Source: Lineus longissimus
Taxonomy: Eukaryota
Direction of reading: 5' to 3'
Assembly (NCBI RefSeq): GCF_910592395.1
Contig: NC_088308.1
Location: 1,054,001 to 1,118,000, forward strand
Length of the DNA: 64,000 nucleotides
Below are positions 40,701 through 53,436 of this stretch, piece by piece (the stretch's first letter is position 1; every line of letters begins with the position of its first letter). The translations under genes were made by a program, and so were the position numbers. The notes beneath the pieces are model-generated. The model saw only the letters and a list, made by a program, of their open reading frames with translations, did not search any database and was not told the origin of the DNA.

Positions 40701-43700
40701 GAAACACCAGTAGAAATGTAGGCAGTGCTTGGCTAATTTGATGCACCGTGTGGACACTATTCAGCTGGTATAGGCCTATAGCATGTAATATAGGCCTTTT
40801 GTACAGGCACCCTTTCACCGGCTAAATGCAACGACACAGTAAACAAGTCAGGATTATCAACCATTGTATGTCCATGGCCACAACAGCCCCCCCCCAACCT
40901 AATTTAGAGTGAGCCAACCTTCCCAGTGGTCTAACATCTCATCCCAACCCCAGGCCTGCTACCTCAAATCCCGTTAAGTCTGTTCCCTCACCTGTAATGA
41001 TAGCTATAGTTAGTCCATAGCCTCTCAACCTCGTCATGTATAGATGGAAAGCCTGATGTTGTGATCTATTTCAGTCCTCCATTGGCACAGTACACTCAGT
41101 CGTTTGTGTGTTCAGTGGTGCTCGGGAAGGACTTGGTGCCTCGTCTCAGCCTCCTGGGCATGGAGGACCTCAAAGTTAAGGTGCTACAACAGATCAAGGA
41201 CTGCCACAAACCAAAGGTACTGTCAACATTCGGATAATTTTATCTTCTTGCTATGCACTGGGGGAGTCGTTCTCCAAAGTGAAGTACACCTTTCTGGTAT
41301 TCACTAGGGGAAAAGAGTATTACCCATTCAGGACTTGTGTAAAGGAGCTTCTGATACTCGTATCCATCTTGTTTCAGTATCAGATCCTTGCAAGTGGTCT
41401 GTGGTCCATCATCTGCGGGATGCCTAACGAGGCTGATGGTAACTCACCCTGTCAGCCCTTGCTCAACGGTGCTGGAGGCTCATCGAAACAGTATGCTACT
41501 GGACATGAACCTGGTGAGAGTGATGTAAGTAAAACAAAGTTACTCAGTTGGGCTTCTCATAGCTGTTCTGCTGAGTCAATCTTCACAACTCCTTTGGTTG
41601 ATTGAAGTCAAAATCCTCCCCTGACGGCGGTAAACGGTCCCATTGATCCTTTAAAAGCTTGCTGGGTGACTATCAATTGACATGTTGGAAACTTGATGTG
41701 TTAACCACACAATAAGGACTTATATTAGGACAGATTGCATGCATTGTTCGTGTTCTCCACCAATGCACTATTTAGTACATTGAGGGCTAACTTTGCCTGT
41801 ATCCACATTATCTTTGTGAGTCTCACCAAATTAGCACAGCTGCATCATACCATCATACGGTGAATTTCGGAAGAAACCTATGTGCTTCTCGGAGTGTGAA
41901 TATATCAGGATACTTCAAGTTTGAATTTAGTTGTTGTCTCAGTCCCAATTGATACAGTTTGTATATAATATTGTTACTAATATTGCAGAGGCCTCGCGAT
42001 GTGAAGGTAACTTTGGCTCATTATCTTTAAATGAGTTCAAGAGATTAGTCAATGTTAGCAGTTTTATATCAGTCAGTTATCCCTTTGGTTCTAGTTACGT
42101 TTTGTTCTATAGTTACTGTAGGTTTTGTTGTGTTGGAAGTCCAGCTTTCTAGTTCGTTTGTAATGCTTACATGGATATTCAAGCACCTTTCACTTTTACC
42201 TTTTTTCAGAACAGCTAATGCATTTTTCTACTACAGAAGGGCACGACCCAGCCTTCTTCTCAGTTCACCCTGCCCTTTTTTTTGCTCACTTCCAAAATCC
42301 CTGCCCTTCCAGGTCTGTAAGAAACACTGACTCCCCATTCACTTTGTCCTTATTTCTTTATCTATGTTACCCTTCCTCGTCACAGGATGCTGATTTAGTA
42401 GTGAATGAAGATCTCCCTGATGGTGGTGAAATGACGGTAATCTTATTTCTTGGCATGAACACCCGGTAGCGGGGCCCACATTGCAGACAATATCTTTCAG
42501 CAAATGACTTTAGTAGCAACAGCACAGCAGACATGTGTGAGTGGCCATACATGTAGTCTGGAGTTGAAAAATACCTTTATCTCTGAGCATTGTTTTGGAG
42601 TTCAATATGTTCAATATATTTGGTCCGGTTGCCACGGCATAGAAGAAGACATCAAACCTTTTGCGTGTTGAACCTGTTATTGATGGTTCTCAAGTCACCA
42701 AGTATTTATCAGTTTTACACATTGTCTGTAAACAATGGTGACATGTACATTGTTGCATGCATGGCTCACCTGAGCACAGTGCTCTTGACCTGGTCAAAAC
42801 AACCTCGGGGTTTTATGGTCAAAACATTTTTAGTTTTGTTGGTAGTTGTCTGCAGTGTGTGCTTTGGTTGATTGAGCATGAATTCCTTGTAAACTTAGCA
42901 TGCTGAGCATGATCCTGTTATGGCTATGCATGATCCTGTTATGGCTATGCATGATCCTGTTATGGCTGAGCATGATCCTGTTATGGCTATGCATGATCCT
43001 GTTATGGCTGAGCATGATCCTGTTATGGCTATGCATGATCCTGTTATGGCTATGCATGATCCTGTTATGGCTATGCATGATCCTGTTATGGCTGAGCATG
43101 ATCCTGTTATGGCTATGCATGATCCTGTTATGGCTATGCATGATCCTGTTATGGCTATGCATGATCCTGTTATGGCTGTGCATGATCCTGTTATGGCTAT
43201 GCATGATCCTGTTATGGCTGTGCATGATCCTGTTATGGCTATGCATGATCCTGTTATGGCTGTGCATGATCCTGTTATGGCTATGCATGATCCTGTTATG
43301 GCTATGCATGATCCTGTTATGGCTATGCATGATCCTGTTATGGCTATGCATGATCCTGTTATGGCTGTGCATGATCCTGTTATGGCTGTGCATGATCCTG
43401 TTATGGCTATGCATGATCCTGTTATGGCTGTGCATGATCCTGTTATAGCTATGCATGATCCTGTTATGGCTATGCATGATCCTGTTATGGCTATGCATGA
43501 TCCTGTTATGGCTATGCATGATCTTCAGTTGCTGCTTGTTTTCTTGTCTTGGGAACAGGGTTGCCTCGTAGCTGCTAGTTTGGCTTAGCGACTCAGTGGA
43601 TTAGCAAAGCACAAGCAGTTCTCTATACCCAATCTACTAAAATGAACACAAGGGGAGATCATGATGCTAAACTCTGATTGGTTTGTTGTTCTGCATGTTA

Positions 43701-46700
43701 GTATTGATTTTGTATGGGGAAAAGTGTGATGTTGATCCAATAATTCTGTTCTAAAATTCCTCAAAATGTGTATTTTTCATCAGCTCTTGTTTATAAGATG
43801 TTTCCTTGTACACTAGTGCCTGATTCCTCTGCATGAACCTGATTGGTAGTGCCCCGTACTGACACCTCTGTCTGGTCGCTGCACTCAATAGTAGATCAGG
43901 CTGAGTATGACAAGCATGGCTGTGCTCTGATAGTAGTTTTTGTCGCTGCTATTGTTAATACATGTAGGCCTACTGCAACACGGACTTTGTACAGTGATGT
44001 TCAGTTGGAAATCTTACAAAAAGTAGATTTATTCTCTAAATGAATGAAGGGAAATGAACAAATTTGATGAAGACTTTGAATAGTTGTTCAGAACATTGAT
44101 ATTTTAGATACCATACTGATAGTGAAGAGACTTCTTCCAACGTTACACCGAATGAAAGGGTATATATTGGTGTGGTCATACTGTCTGCTTTATGGAGTAG
44201 TTTGCAAAGGACAAGACTCCCTGCCAGAATTACAAGATACAGAATACACACATAAATCTGCTGAAACTTCGTTGTAAATTTCACTCTGTCCTTCATTGAA
44301 TAATATTACTTCTGGGAATAATTGCTTTGATAGACAAGGATTGTTACCTATTGAGTTATTACAATGGTTTCAGGGTGCAGCCCAGGCCCACCATGTTGTT
44401 GAGTGGATATTGGATGTAAGTTCAGTCTTGGATCTCGGGGTCAGGTGGAAATCTGTCCACTGCTATCAAGGAATTCAAAGCTCACAGGTGTCTGGTTTTG
44501 AAGGATTCAAACACTCATGCAATATCCAGTTTTGTTTCACTGTTAGCTCTAATCAAGCATAGTTTAAGAGATATGCTTGCTCTTATGGAATGTATGGTAT
44601 ACCAAGGCTCTGCTGAAACTGACCTGAAGCTCACTGCACACATCCTTCACTTCACATGTAGAATCTCTTTCAAGTGGGTCACTTTTTCTGGTGTACTGTA
44701 AGGATTTCATGTATCCACACTTGAGTGGAAGTCGGGCATCACTGGGCTACATGGCACCCAGCTAGAAACCACAGTGATTCGTGTAGAAGAATACAGAAAA
44801 AAATCTACATGTTGTGTTTTTTTCCTGGGTATACTTGGTTCTGGTTCTCACAGATTTTCACCTGACCTGTCTTTCAAGCATGCTAAATTCAAGTTGTCTT
44901 ATTTTTCAAACTTTTATGCTTGATTTTGTTGCAGCCTAGGAATGATTTTATTGTTACAGGAATGTTTCTTTTCCTTAGATTTGATATATCAGACAAAATG
45001 CGAATCCCATTCATAGACATCCCAATTTGCCAATGAAACTATATATACATGTATATGTATATGTACATAAATACCCCTATATCAGCACTTGCAAGCAATC
45101 CGCTACGTAGAAGTTCTTCTCCGATCATGAGCAATAACACTCTACAAGTAACTCAACTTAATTTGTTATCACATTTGCTATTGCAGACTTTAACTTTACT
45201 AACAGTGATAAAGATGTTTTAGAAGAGCAATTCATGCATGCCGATCCACTGTCGTTGTGTGATATTCACCGTCAATAGGTCGGCATTCATTCATGATCCT
45301 AGAATGCAGTGCATTTTTCCACAGACATTGCAAGCAGAAGATTTTTTCAGCTGTCTCTTTGACTATATAAAAGTATTGGGCCAAATTCATAAAGGTCGTT
45401 TAGCTTAAAACAGCGTTTAACTACTGAATAGACATATTCAGGTCCTTCATGTAAATCTTCACAGAATATGAATAGGCCCTGAAACTGATCAGGGAGAAGT
45501 TACACACGTCTAACCCTTAAACGCCCTTTATGAATTTGGCCCATTGTGTCCACAAAACAGCTCTTGGTTCCAAATCATCATGAGTGACTGTGAGAGTCAT
45601 CAGTCAGTACATGTACATGTATGTGTGGCAATAAGGGCACAGACAAGTGTTTGTGTGCAATGATACGTACAACAAGGGATGTTATTTCTGAACTCTATAG
45701 GGTACTCCGTTTGTTATTTCCCTCAAATTCATTGGCTGGTCTCTCTGTTCTTGTAGGGTTTGATTGACGAGGCGATCTTGAGTAGTCGACACAAGAGAAG
45801 TTCGTACCCAGTGCTACACCCGCCAGGAAGGATCATGCATATCGTTGAGGATAGGTAAGATGATCATTTGTTCAACACATTATTATACCATTCTATTTTA
45901 GCATGGTTTCTCTACTTCTGTTCCTACTTCTAAAGCCTGCAGCTGACCTGGCGGTCTGTGACTTGGCGGTCTGTGACCTGGCGGTCTGTGACCTGGCGGT
46001 CTGTGACCTGGCGGTCTGTGACCTGGCGGTCTGTGACCTGGCGGTCTGTGACCTGGCGGTCTGTGACCTGGCGGTCTGTGACCTGGCGGTCCGTGACCTG
46101 GCGGTCTGTGACTTGGCGGTCTGTGACTTGGCGGTCTGTGACTTGATTGAGTGATTTCTTTTGGCACCAGGGAAATAGTATAACCCAAAACATTTTTGCG
46201 CCTAGTAATTTTTGCGATTCGCAACAATTTTCTCAAAAAATCACAAGGGTTATTCTGGTGGATTGCAAATAGTAATTTCATTTTAGAAACTCACTTGAAA
46301 GTTATTTCTTTAGACAGAGAGAGTAATCTTTCTATTTTTCAGTCAGGGAAAATATGTTGCTTTCTGGCGAAAATCTGAGGATTTCAGAGACATAATCGTC
46401 AGCGGTCAGATGGTAGCTGATCATTTTCCTGACCGTGTTTTAGCTGCCCTGGAATACTGTAAGAGGACATTTGGTGTAAAGCTAATCCTGTCACTCTTTC
46501 AACCCTTGAAGGCCTCAGTCCATTTTCTATTTAACTGCAAGGGGGTTCTTAGTACTTTTGTTACACTTCCTTAGTCTTAAGTTAGATATGAAGGTGGGTG
46601 GTTGAGCTTCTGAGAATGTTTCCAAAACCAAATTATATCACCAATGGTAATGCTCTGTTCTCTGTCTATGGTGTTGGTTGAAGTCACATCCTGCATGTAT

Positions 46701-47418
46701 AATCCACCATTTAAGCTACCATTCCCTAATTCACGTTCTTGTTACTAACCATTCTAATGAACATTTGTTAGACAGTTTTGGTAATCTGTGTGTCTGGAAT
46801 TCATACTGGGATTATCAATAAGTTGTAGGTTGTTGGAGTTCATACTGGTGATAGTTCATTCATATAAAGAACTGCACAATCGATGGTGGAAGTAACATGG
46901 TCATTAAGTTCTAATCTAAAGCTATTTGTACGTGTATTTGAAATTTACTGAAGGAGATAACGCAGGGATTTGTTTCTAATGTGATTAGGCACCTGGACCC
47001 TTAAGTTTAGCAACTGTTGTCTTCTGTTTGTTGGGGATTCATACTGGTGATAAACCATTCAGCGCGAAGCACAGTTTCTATTCACAGTCTGGTTCTGTTG
47101 CAGCACTCAGAATGGTAGATCATCACAAATGTTTTCCTCGATTTAAAAGTGAAATATTGCTCTTCACTAATGACCTATATGTTAGCATTCAGTTAGTTTA
47201 CTTCTGTCTGTTTTCAAACTTGGTTCTTAATCAGCTGATGGTTCTCTCCTTGCAGTGATCGCAAATACATAGTTGTCTGGAAGGAAGCCAAAGAGTTTGA
47301 TGAAATCATGGTCAGTCCAAAGATGCTCACCGACCACATGCCTGATAGGGTTTACAGTGCTTTACAAGATCTCTGCACAATGGACATTGTGCCGCATCAT
47401 GCTCCAGAAATGGTGTGA
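37710..47418 (+). CDS. DAGLB: Diacylglycerol lipase beta
   Basis: Exons 37710-37804, 38174-38623, 38999-39089, 39202-39491, 39659-39800, 40046-40291, 40540-40667, 41075-41216, 41378-41524, 42386-42436, 44374-44415, 45757-45854, 47256-47418; the small exons are less certain. N-terminus [41 protein letters not shown], catalytic [27 protein letters not shown]. The short C-terminus indicates beta rather than alpha. Confidence 0.93.
42907..43523. repeat. 21-bp minisatellite, about 29.5 copies, in a DAGLB intron
   Basis: Unit GCATGATCCTGTTATGGCT(AT/GT/GA). Confidence 0.98.
45377..45543. mobile_element. MITE with TGGGCCAAATTCATAAAG termini
   Basis: Perfect 18-bp inverted repeat TGGGCCAAATTCATAAAG / CTTTATGAATTTGGCCCA, with weaker similarity further in. 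Confidence 0.7.
45944..46145. repeat. 15-bp minisatellite, about 13.5 copies, in the last DAGLB intron
   Basis: Unit TGAC(C/T)TGGCGGTCTG. Confidence 0.98.
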
Positions 47419-48723
47419 AAAGTGCAACTAATTTAGTTGAAGGACTAATAACAGCTAGTATTAATTGTGTGCTCTTTTTAAAAATGTGGATTTAGGCCCT
47501 TAGTACAATTATTGCAATAAATCATCCCCGTGATTAGAATGTAATGGCATTAAATGATTACTATGTAAAAGTGGATTACACAAGAGTCGGCAGTTTGTGT
47601 TTAGCACATTGTTCCCCTGCCAGCCATTTGTCTCACTCAGTCATAGTATTTTGTTTATAATAGTGGCTATTTGTCTTGTATTAGTGATATAACACTTTAA
47701 AATCCCCTAAGCAATTTACATTTGAACACATGTGCAATAGCCTTCATTCATGTCAGTATTGATTGATCATTGTATTACCTTTGGTTTGTGCGATTTATGG
47801 TTTGGTTTTGTTGATGTAATTACCCAAGATGCCTTGTCTCAGATTGATTCTCTCTCCCCTTTAAAAGGGATAATTACTTGCACCATTTAGAATAGTAACA
47901 GGGCTCAAATTCCATTTGGTCTTGAATGCTTTGCTGAAATATGAAGTGCCTTTGAAGATGAGTTTCAATTGTTCCCAATTTTCTGGTGGAATTGTATGTC
48001 TGAATTTAATGAAAAGTGCTCTTTAAATAGTTTAGATAGGTGTGCATCAATTTTGCCAGCTGCCATGAGGCTCGTGTGACCCTAGGTTGCAGGTCGTAGT
48101 AAAATAGTAGTAAAAGTAGTAATACAAGTATAGGCCTATATGTATTCCTGATTTCACTTGTCTGCCTGAATATCTGCACGAGGCCAAAGATTTGGTAATG
48201 TCAGAGTCAAAGGTAGATAGATCATTACAATCAAGTGACTGTGTAATTCATGGCTTGTACTTAAAGTTTAGGGAATATACACCTCACTATTGGTACTGAT
48301 CGTCACACTGAACACACCAAAGGTGGCGCTAATGTGCAGGTCAAATCTGAGGCAGCAGCCGAGATTTTGGGAGAAATGACAACTCCATTCAGTGTGTTGA
48401 CCTACAGCAGGTTTGTGAACAAACTTTTATATTTTCTAGTCTTTTTGTCTTCCGCAAAAGCCTATCAGCATGCTTTGTAAAGAAATATTAAAAAATTTGT
48501 TAAAGAAACAGAAAAAATGACAATTCATTGTTTGTTTTATTACTTTTTCGTTGATTAATCAGCGAGACATGTTTTACACTCAACAGAATAACTTCAAGTG
48601 ATTGCAATTGAAAAACCATCAACCTCGCATCAGAGTGTTGAGCAGAAGTCCCCCATGTCCTTAGTTCTGTGAGCTCCACATTCAAGAGGTTCTCACACCA
48701 GAGTGCTGAAGTCCCCCATGTTG

Positions 48724-51700
48724 TTAGTTCTGTGAGCTCCACATCCAAGATGCCCTAACGTCAGCTCTGTGGGTGCTGTCTTTTCTTGCTGGCATATTTT
48801 CTGGTAGTGGCTCTCCTTGCGTCTCTGGTAAGACAAAGAACACCAAGGCAGCACTCATGATACAGAATGTCCCGTAAAATATGTAGGGAACAGCCCAGTG
48901 ACTGAACTCGCCCTGAAATGAGGAATAAAGGCCATTAGCTTGTTTTGAGTTTAGAAGTATGTTGGTCTGTGCATAGATGCATTTCAGTTTGAAGTTGTGG
49001 CTCCCATCCGAGTTTACAGCATTTCTTCTTTTCATTAGAATCCCCATGCCATGTCCATTTGTGTGAGCACCTCACCAGATATGCCACTTGGGGTGCTAGG
49101 ATCCCTCCGATACGGGCTGCCACACTACAGGCTCCCATTCCAATAATCCTGAAAGGAAATAATTAGCTGAGTGATCGTGGTTAAGTGGAGTTTAAAGTCA
49201 GCCACCCTGCTGTAAAGAACATCCATTTGGACGCCAACCCACCAAGTAAGGTAATCTATACGAGAAAGTGTACGGTAATTTATTGCATGTAAGATCATTC
49301 CCCTCCAGCACCTAGCCCATTGAAATAGGCTCCGATCCTCTGGTAGTTAAGACTCCCTGGGCAGCCCATTGCGTCATCCTAATTTGGCCTCCTTGGAGCG
49401 AGGGACGAGGCCGGTCCACTACGTCCGAGTGTACTTGTAATGGGACGGACTAGGCCATTATAGACCCGACCTAAGTGGACCCACCCGCGGCAAAAGAGTA
49501 TCGGCCGTTGGATGCCAAAAAGGAGCTGTTTAGATTTGAAGGGAGCCAGATGGGCAATACAAATGTCAGTAAGTGTCTCTCACAGTAGGACCCGCACTAT
49601 CACCCTTCTCAGGAATATGTAGATCACTAAGTCAAAACAGTCCTGATTTTCCTAACTGAGCACATATGGAACGTAGCCTATACCTGGTCAATGTTGGGAA
49701 CAATTCGCTGACATGGATAGTTGATATTCCCCAACACGCGATTATCCCTCCGACTGCGAGCAGGACCATGGTAGTCAGCAAGTCCGGAGATGTCACATCC
49801 AGCGCCCCCATCAGAGCCACCGTCACCATACAGACGACAGGAATGGTCATGTAAGCCAAGTAACTCTTCCGACGGCCGAACCTTTGAAGATGAAAAGAGG
49901 AGTTATCACTGATCTCTTGCGAAGCGACATGCATATACTTGGGCGACCGGGACGGGGGGGGGGGGGGGGGGGAGGGGAGCAACTCAGTTATCACTGTCAA
50001 TGAAACAGGTGTCAGTGCAGTGTCCGATGAGTTCATCGGTTCCCCGGACGCACACTTTTTTCATATGCGCAGTGCAGTTACTAATTCAAATTTGTCCTAT
50101 ATCATATCACACAAAAACCCAAAAATTGATCATACATTCGATCGGGGGAGAGGTGAAACGATCACGTTTCAAGGGGAGGTTTTGTTTGGATTTGTTGGCT
50201 CACCTCTCGGCGGTGTAGATGACCGTCCACCCGAACAACATTGAAGTGGAGTGATTGATAACGACCGAGAGGTAGACAGACCATTCTAAGGTATCGTACA
50301 TGTTGCTTATCCCATACGTCACCAAGCTGGCGGTGAACCTGCAAAGAATTATGAGATCACGGGCGCTTTAACCATTGACTTTAAGCTTGCTCGTCGGACA
50401 ACTGACCATCGCGTAGTCGACCAGTTGTCAGAGAGGCAAGCATTGACTCTGGGTTAGAACCCTACAGTCTGTGTGACGAGATTCCTTCACATTGGCTTGA
50501 TGTCAAGATGTCATCCCATATCATACTTTTTAGTTAGACGTGGAAGCCTTCTTGTGATGATGGCCGGGACCGGGCATCCACGCAAATCGAGCGATATACA
50601 TGTACGCCGGAGACGCAACGGGCACATGGTGCACGTAACTGAGGAGTTTGATATTTTACCAGGTGAATAGAAGCACGGCTGTCCTAGCCCCCATCTTCCT
50701 TGTCCTGAACAGATCATGATAGCTATACTGTTTCTCTCTCTTCTTCAACTCCTTGTTTCCCTGCGCGATGACCTTCAGGATGGCAAGGTCAGGTGTTGAC
50801 CTTTTATTGACCTTGGCCATTTGCTTGACGATATCTTCAGCTTCTTGCAGCCTTCCCCTCTGCAGCAACCAGCGAACACTCTCGGGACACCCCCTGAAGA
50901 TATAATTGTACAGCATACAAATACCACGAAGAGCCTTTCCAGGAGCTTTGTCTGTCAAGAAGATGTGGCATTTCGTATTGAAAAGATAACCAATGGACTT
51001 ACCACAGGATGGCAATTAGTATTGGAAACTCAATCACTCCAATGGCCACCGCTAGGTATCTCCAGTCCCTCATGAGGTAGGCCATGAGAGCCATCATCAT
51101 GTTGCCCATGCTGTAGACACCCAGCGAGCTGCAGAAGGTCCGGTATTTCGCGCCGATAAACTCCATAGGAAGGGTGTTGGAGATGTTGAGGGTGCCCGCT
51201 GAAACATGTGACAGAGTTTGATTTGTTTAGTGCAAGATCCAATTCGAAGGACCAAATGCAATCCGGTTCGAAGGACCACCGTTTATTCAATGACGGTAAT
51301 ACCGAGTTAACAATTCGTCAGCTGCCTTATCAATTTTACTCGCTGGTGGTATGACTTTTTTAAGAAGAAAATAATGAGATAAGACAAGATAAAGATGAAG
51401 ATGGTGAGAATCACATTAATTTCTCAAATTCTATTTTTGCAGGCGGACTAAAAATATCGTAGATAGCAGGGAAGTCCTTCCCGGCATGGATGTGACACAA
51501 ATTCTCAAGTCCTCCTGCGTACAAGCCTTATTACGATAATATAAGCCTGCGACTCATGCATGAAAATGCTTTCCAATGATAACATTTTTTCAGGCCGAGC
51601 TATTCCTCGAAACTATATACTCCGTTGACGGTACCTGTGGCCATTCCTACAAAAAATCGCAACACGGCATACAACTGCCACGAGTTGGAGAATCCCACCA

Positions 51701-52841
51701 CAATCTGGAGGACCATCATGAGAGATGCCATTGCAATCAGCGTCTTCCGCCGCCCAAAGGTGTCGCCAACCTGTCCGGAGGTCAGGGCTCCTACGAGGAC
51801 ACCCGCCATCTGGATGGAGACGGTCATCTTGGGGAGGTAGCCTTGGTCGCACACTAGGCTCCACTGTGTGGGGTGAGAGCAGGGAAAGGTTAGCGGGAAA
51901 ATGAAGTATTTACATTGTCGAGAAGCGACATACAAGGTGTTTGGTATCACTGTTGACAGAAGGATAATGAGATAATGACTATAATCTCTATTAGGTACAG
52001 AAAGACGCAACGACGGACGGATGGACTCAGATAGACGCAGCAACCGACTGATAGACAGAAAGACAGTTCATCGCACCTCATATCATATCATATTACGTCG
52101 AAAATCATAGTTGTCCTAGTTGTAAGGACATTGACCTAGTGCAATCATTTGATTGGTAACTGAGTAGAAACCATCCGCTTGCTGATGTGATTTTCAACTA
52201 TGCCATGTTCGTCTCGAACATGAAAACTGGGTATGATATTGATCAAGTCCCGGTTCTTCTTTGTGAGTATATGCTGAGGACAGATGAAAACATCAATAAA
52301 TAGAAAGGTTAATTTCTTCTACATGTACTAGTTGTACTCGTGTTCCAAAGCTAACACCTCCTCATCATCGGAGGAACGCGATGAGGTCATCACAGCACAC
52401 CACACGGTCCAGCTTGATTTATAGACCATCGGTGAAGACCTCCAGCATGACTGCCGCCAGACAGCAAGTTAAATATAGACGTATTTACCATCAGCAAGGA
52501 GAAACTGTGCTTACCTCGGTTGTAATGGACTTCAACTCGGGAGAGAATTCAAATTCTACACACTTCGTCCCGTTAAAGACGCAGGCGTCAGCCGTGAAAT
52601 TCGTCGTCTCGTTGAAAGTGGTATTCGAACCCTGATACCTCGCACACCTCCACCCCGGATTCGAATTGGAGAAAACAAAATAACTCATACACTGTCCTGT
52701 GGTGATGTCCATCAAGGTGATAATAATGAAGAGACGAATCTGATAAGTCCCGAACTCTCCCGTCTGTTTGAGGACATCCTCAAATGTCGCACCCTTCTGT
52801 GCGTTGTCTTCGGACAGACGGACTTCAAAACTCGTCGGCAT
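48724..52841 (-). CDS. SLC22-family organic cation/anion transporter (MFS), gene A, 8 coding exons
   Basis: Exons 52841-52515, 51863-51635, 51198-51003, 50893-50660, 50338-50204, 49881-49684, 49148-49076, 48912-48724. Motifs FEDVLKQTGEFGTYQ, SITTEWSLVCD, GDTFGRRK, PESVRWL, SELFPT, ARIGGILAP, LPETQGEPLP. Confidence 0.92.
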
Positions 52842-53436
52842 TTTTGGGTGCTTTGTTTTCCCAGCAGATATGACCTAGTTCTGGCAAAAGCACCAGCAGC
52901 CTGGAAGATATGCCACAACACAGTTGACCCACTCTATCGAAGGCGAAGTTGCATTGCATACAACTTTGAAGCTGTAATGGCCTTGTAAAGCAATGACAAT
53001 GGAAGTAAAATACGATGACCTGTTTACAATTAAGCTGAGATTTTAAATTGTCAGTAATCAGTAAAATAAAGATGCCTGTCAATTCCATTTATTGTTCTTT
53101 AACCAGGTCATTATTAGATTTTGAAAGAATAGTTTTGTCGAGGTATAGCGCTCCATCTACCCGAACTGATCAACCGCAGGGTGCTCGTTTGAACGGAACA
53201 ACCTGCGCAGTCCCGCAGATTTGACTCAATGTCACTGAAACTCAACAAAGTTATATTTCATGTTGCATTTTATTCAATATAATATAACTTGCATTAGTTT
53301 GATATGTAATTAACAATCCTCTTCAGGAAACTACTGGAATCCGGCTAGATTAAACTACATACTGTACTGGAATCCCGGCCCGGGAGCTTTGGAACTAAGC
53401 TAAACCCTTGGAATCCCAGACTGGATCTCCTTCGTT

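Noticed and set aside
42830..43588. Three long repetitive ORFs ([21 protein letters not shown])
   Set aside because: Translations of a 21-bp intronic minisatellite that is open in several frames.
45898..46281. HRPPG, DLAVC, VTDRQ and VTWRS repeat ORFs
   Set aside because: Translations of a 15-bp intronic minisatellite.
47088..47114. Possible DAGLB microexon reading WFCCSTQN, like the vertebrate GCCS segment
   Set aside because: That reading needs phase 1 while the flanking exons are phase 2; the in-phase reading LVLLQHSE is unremarkable.
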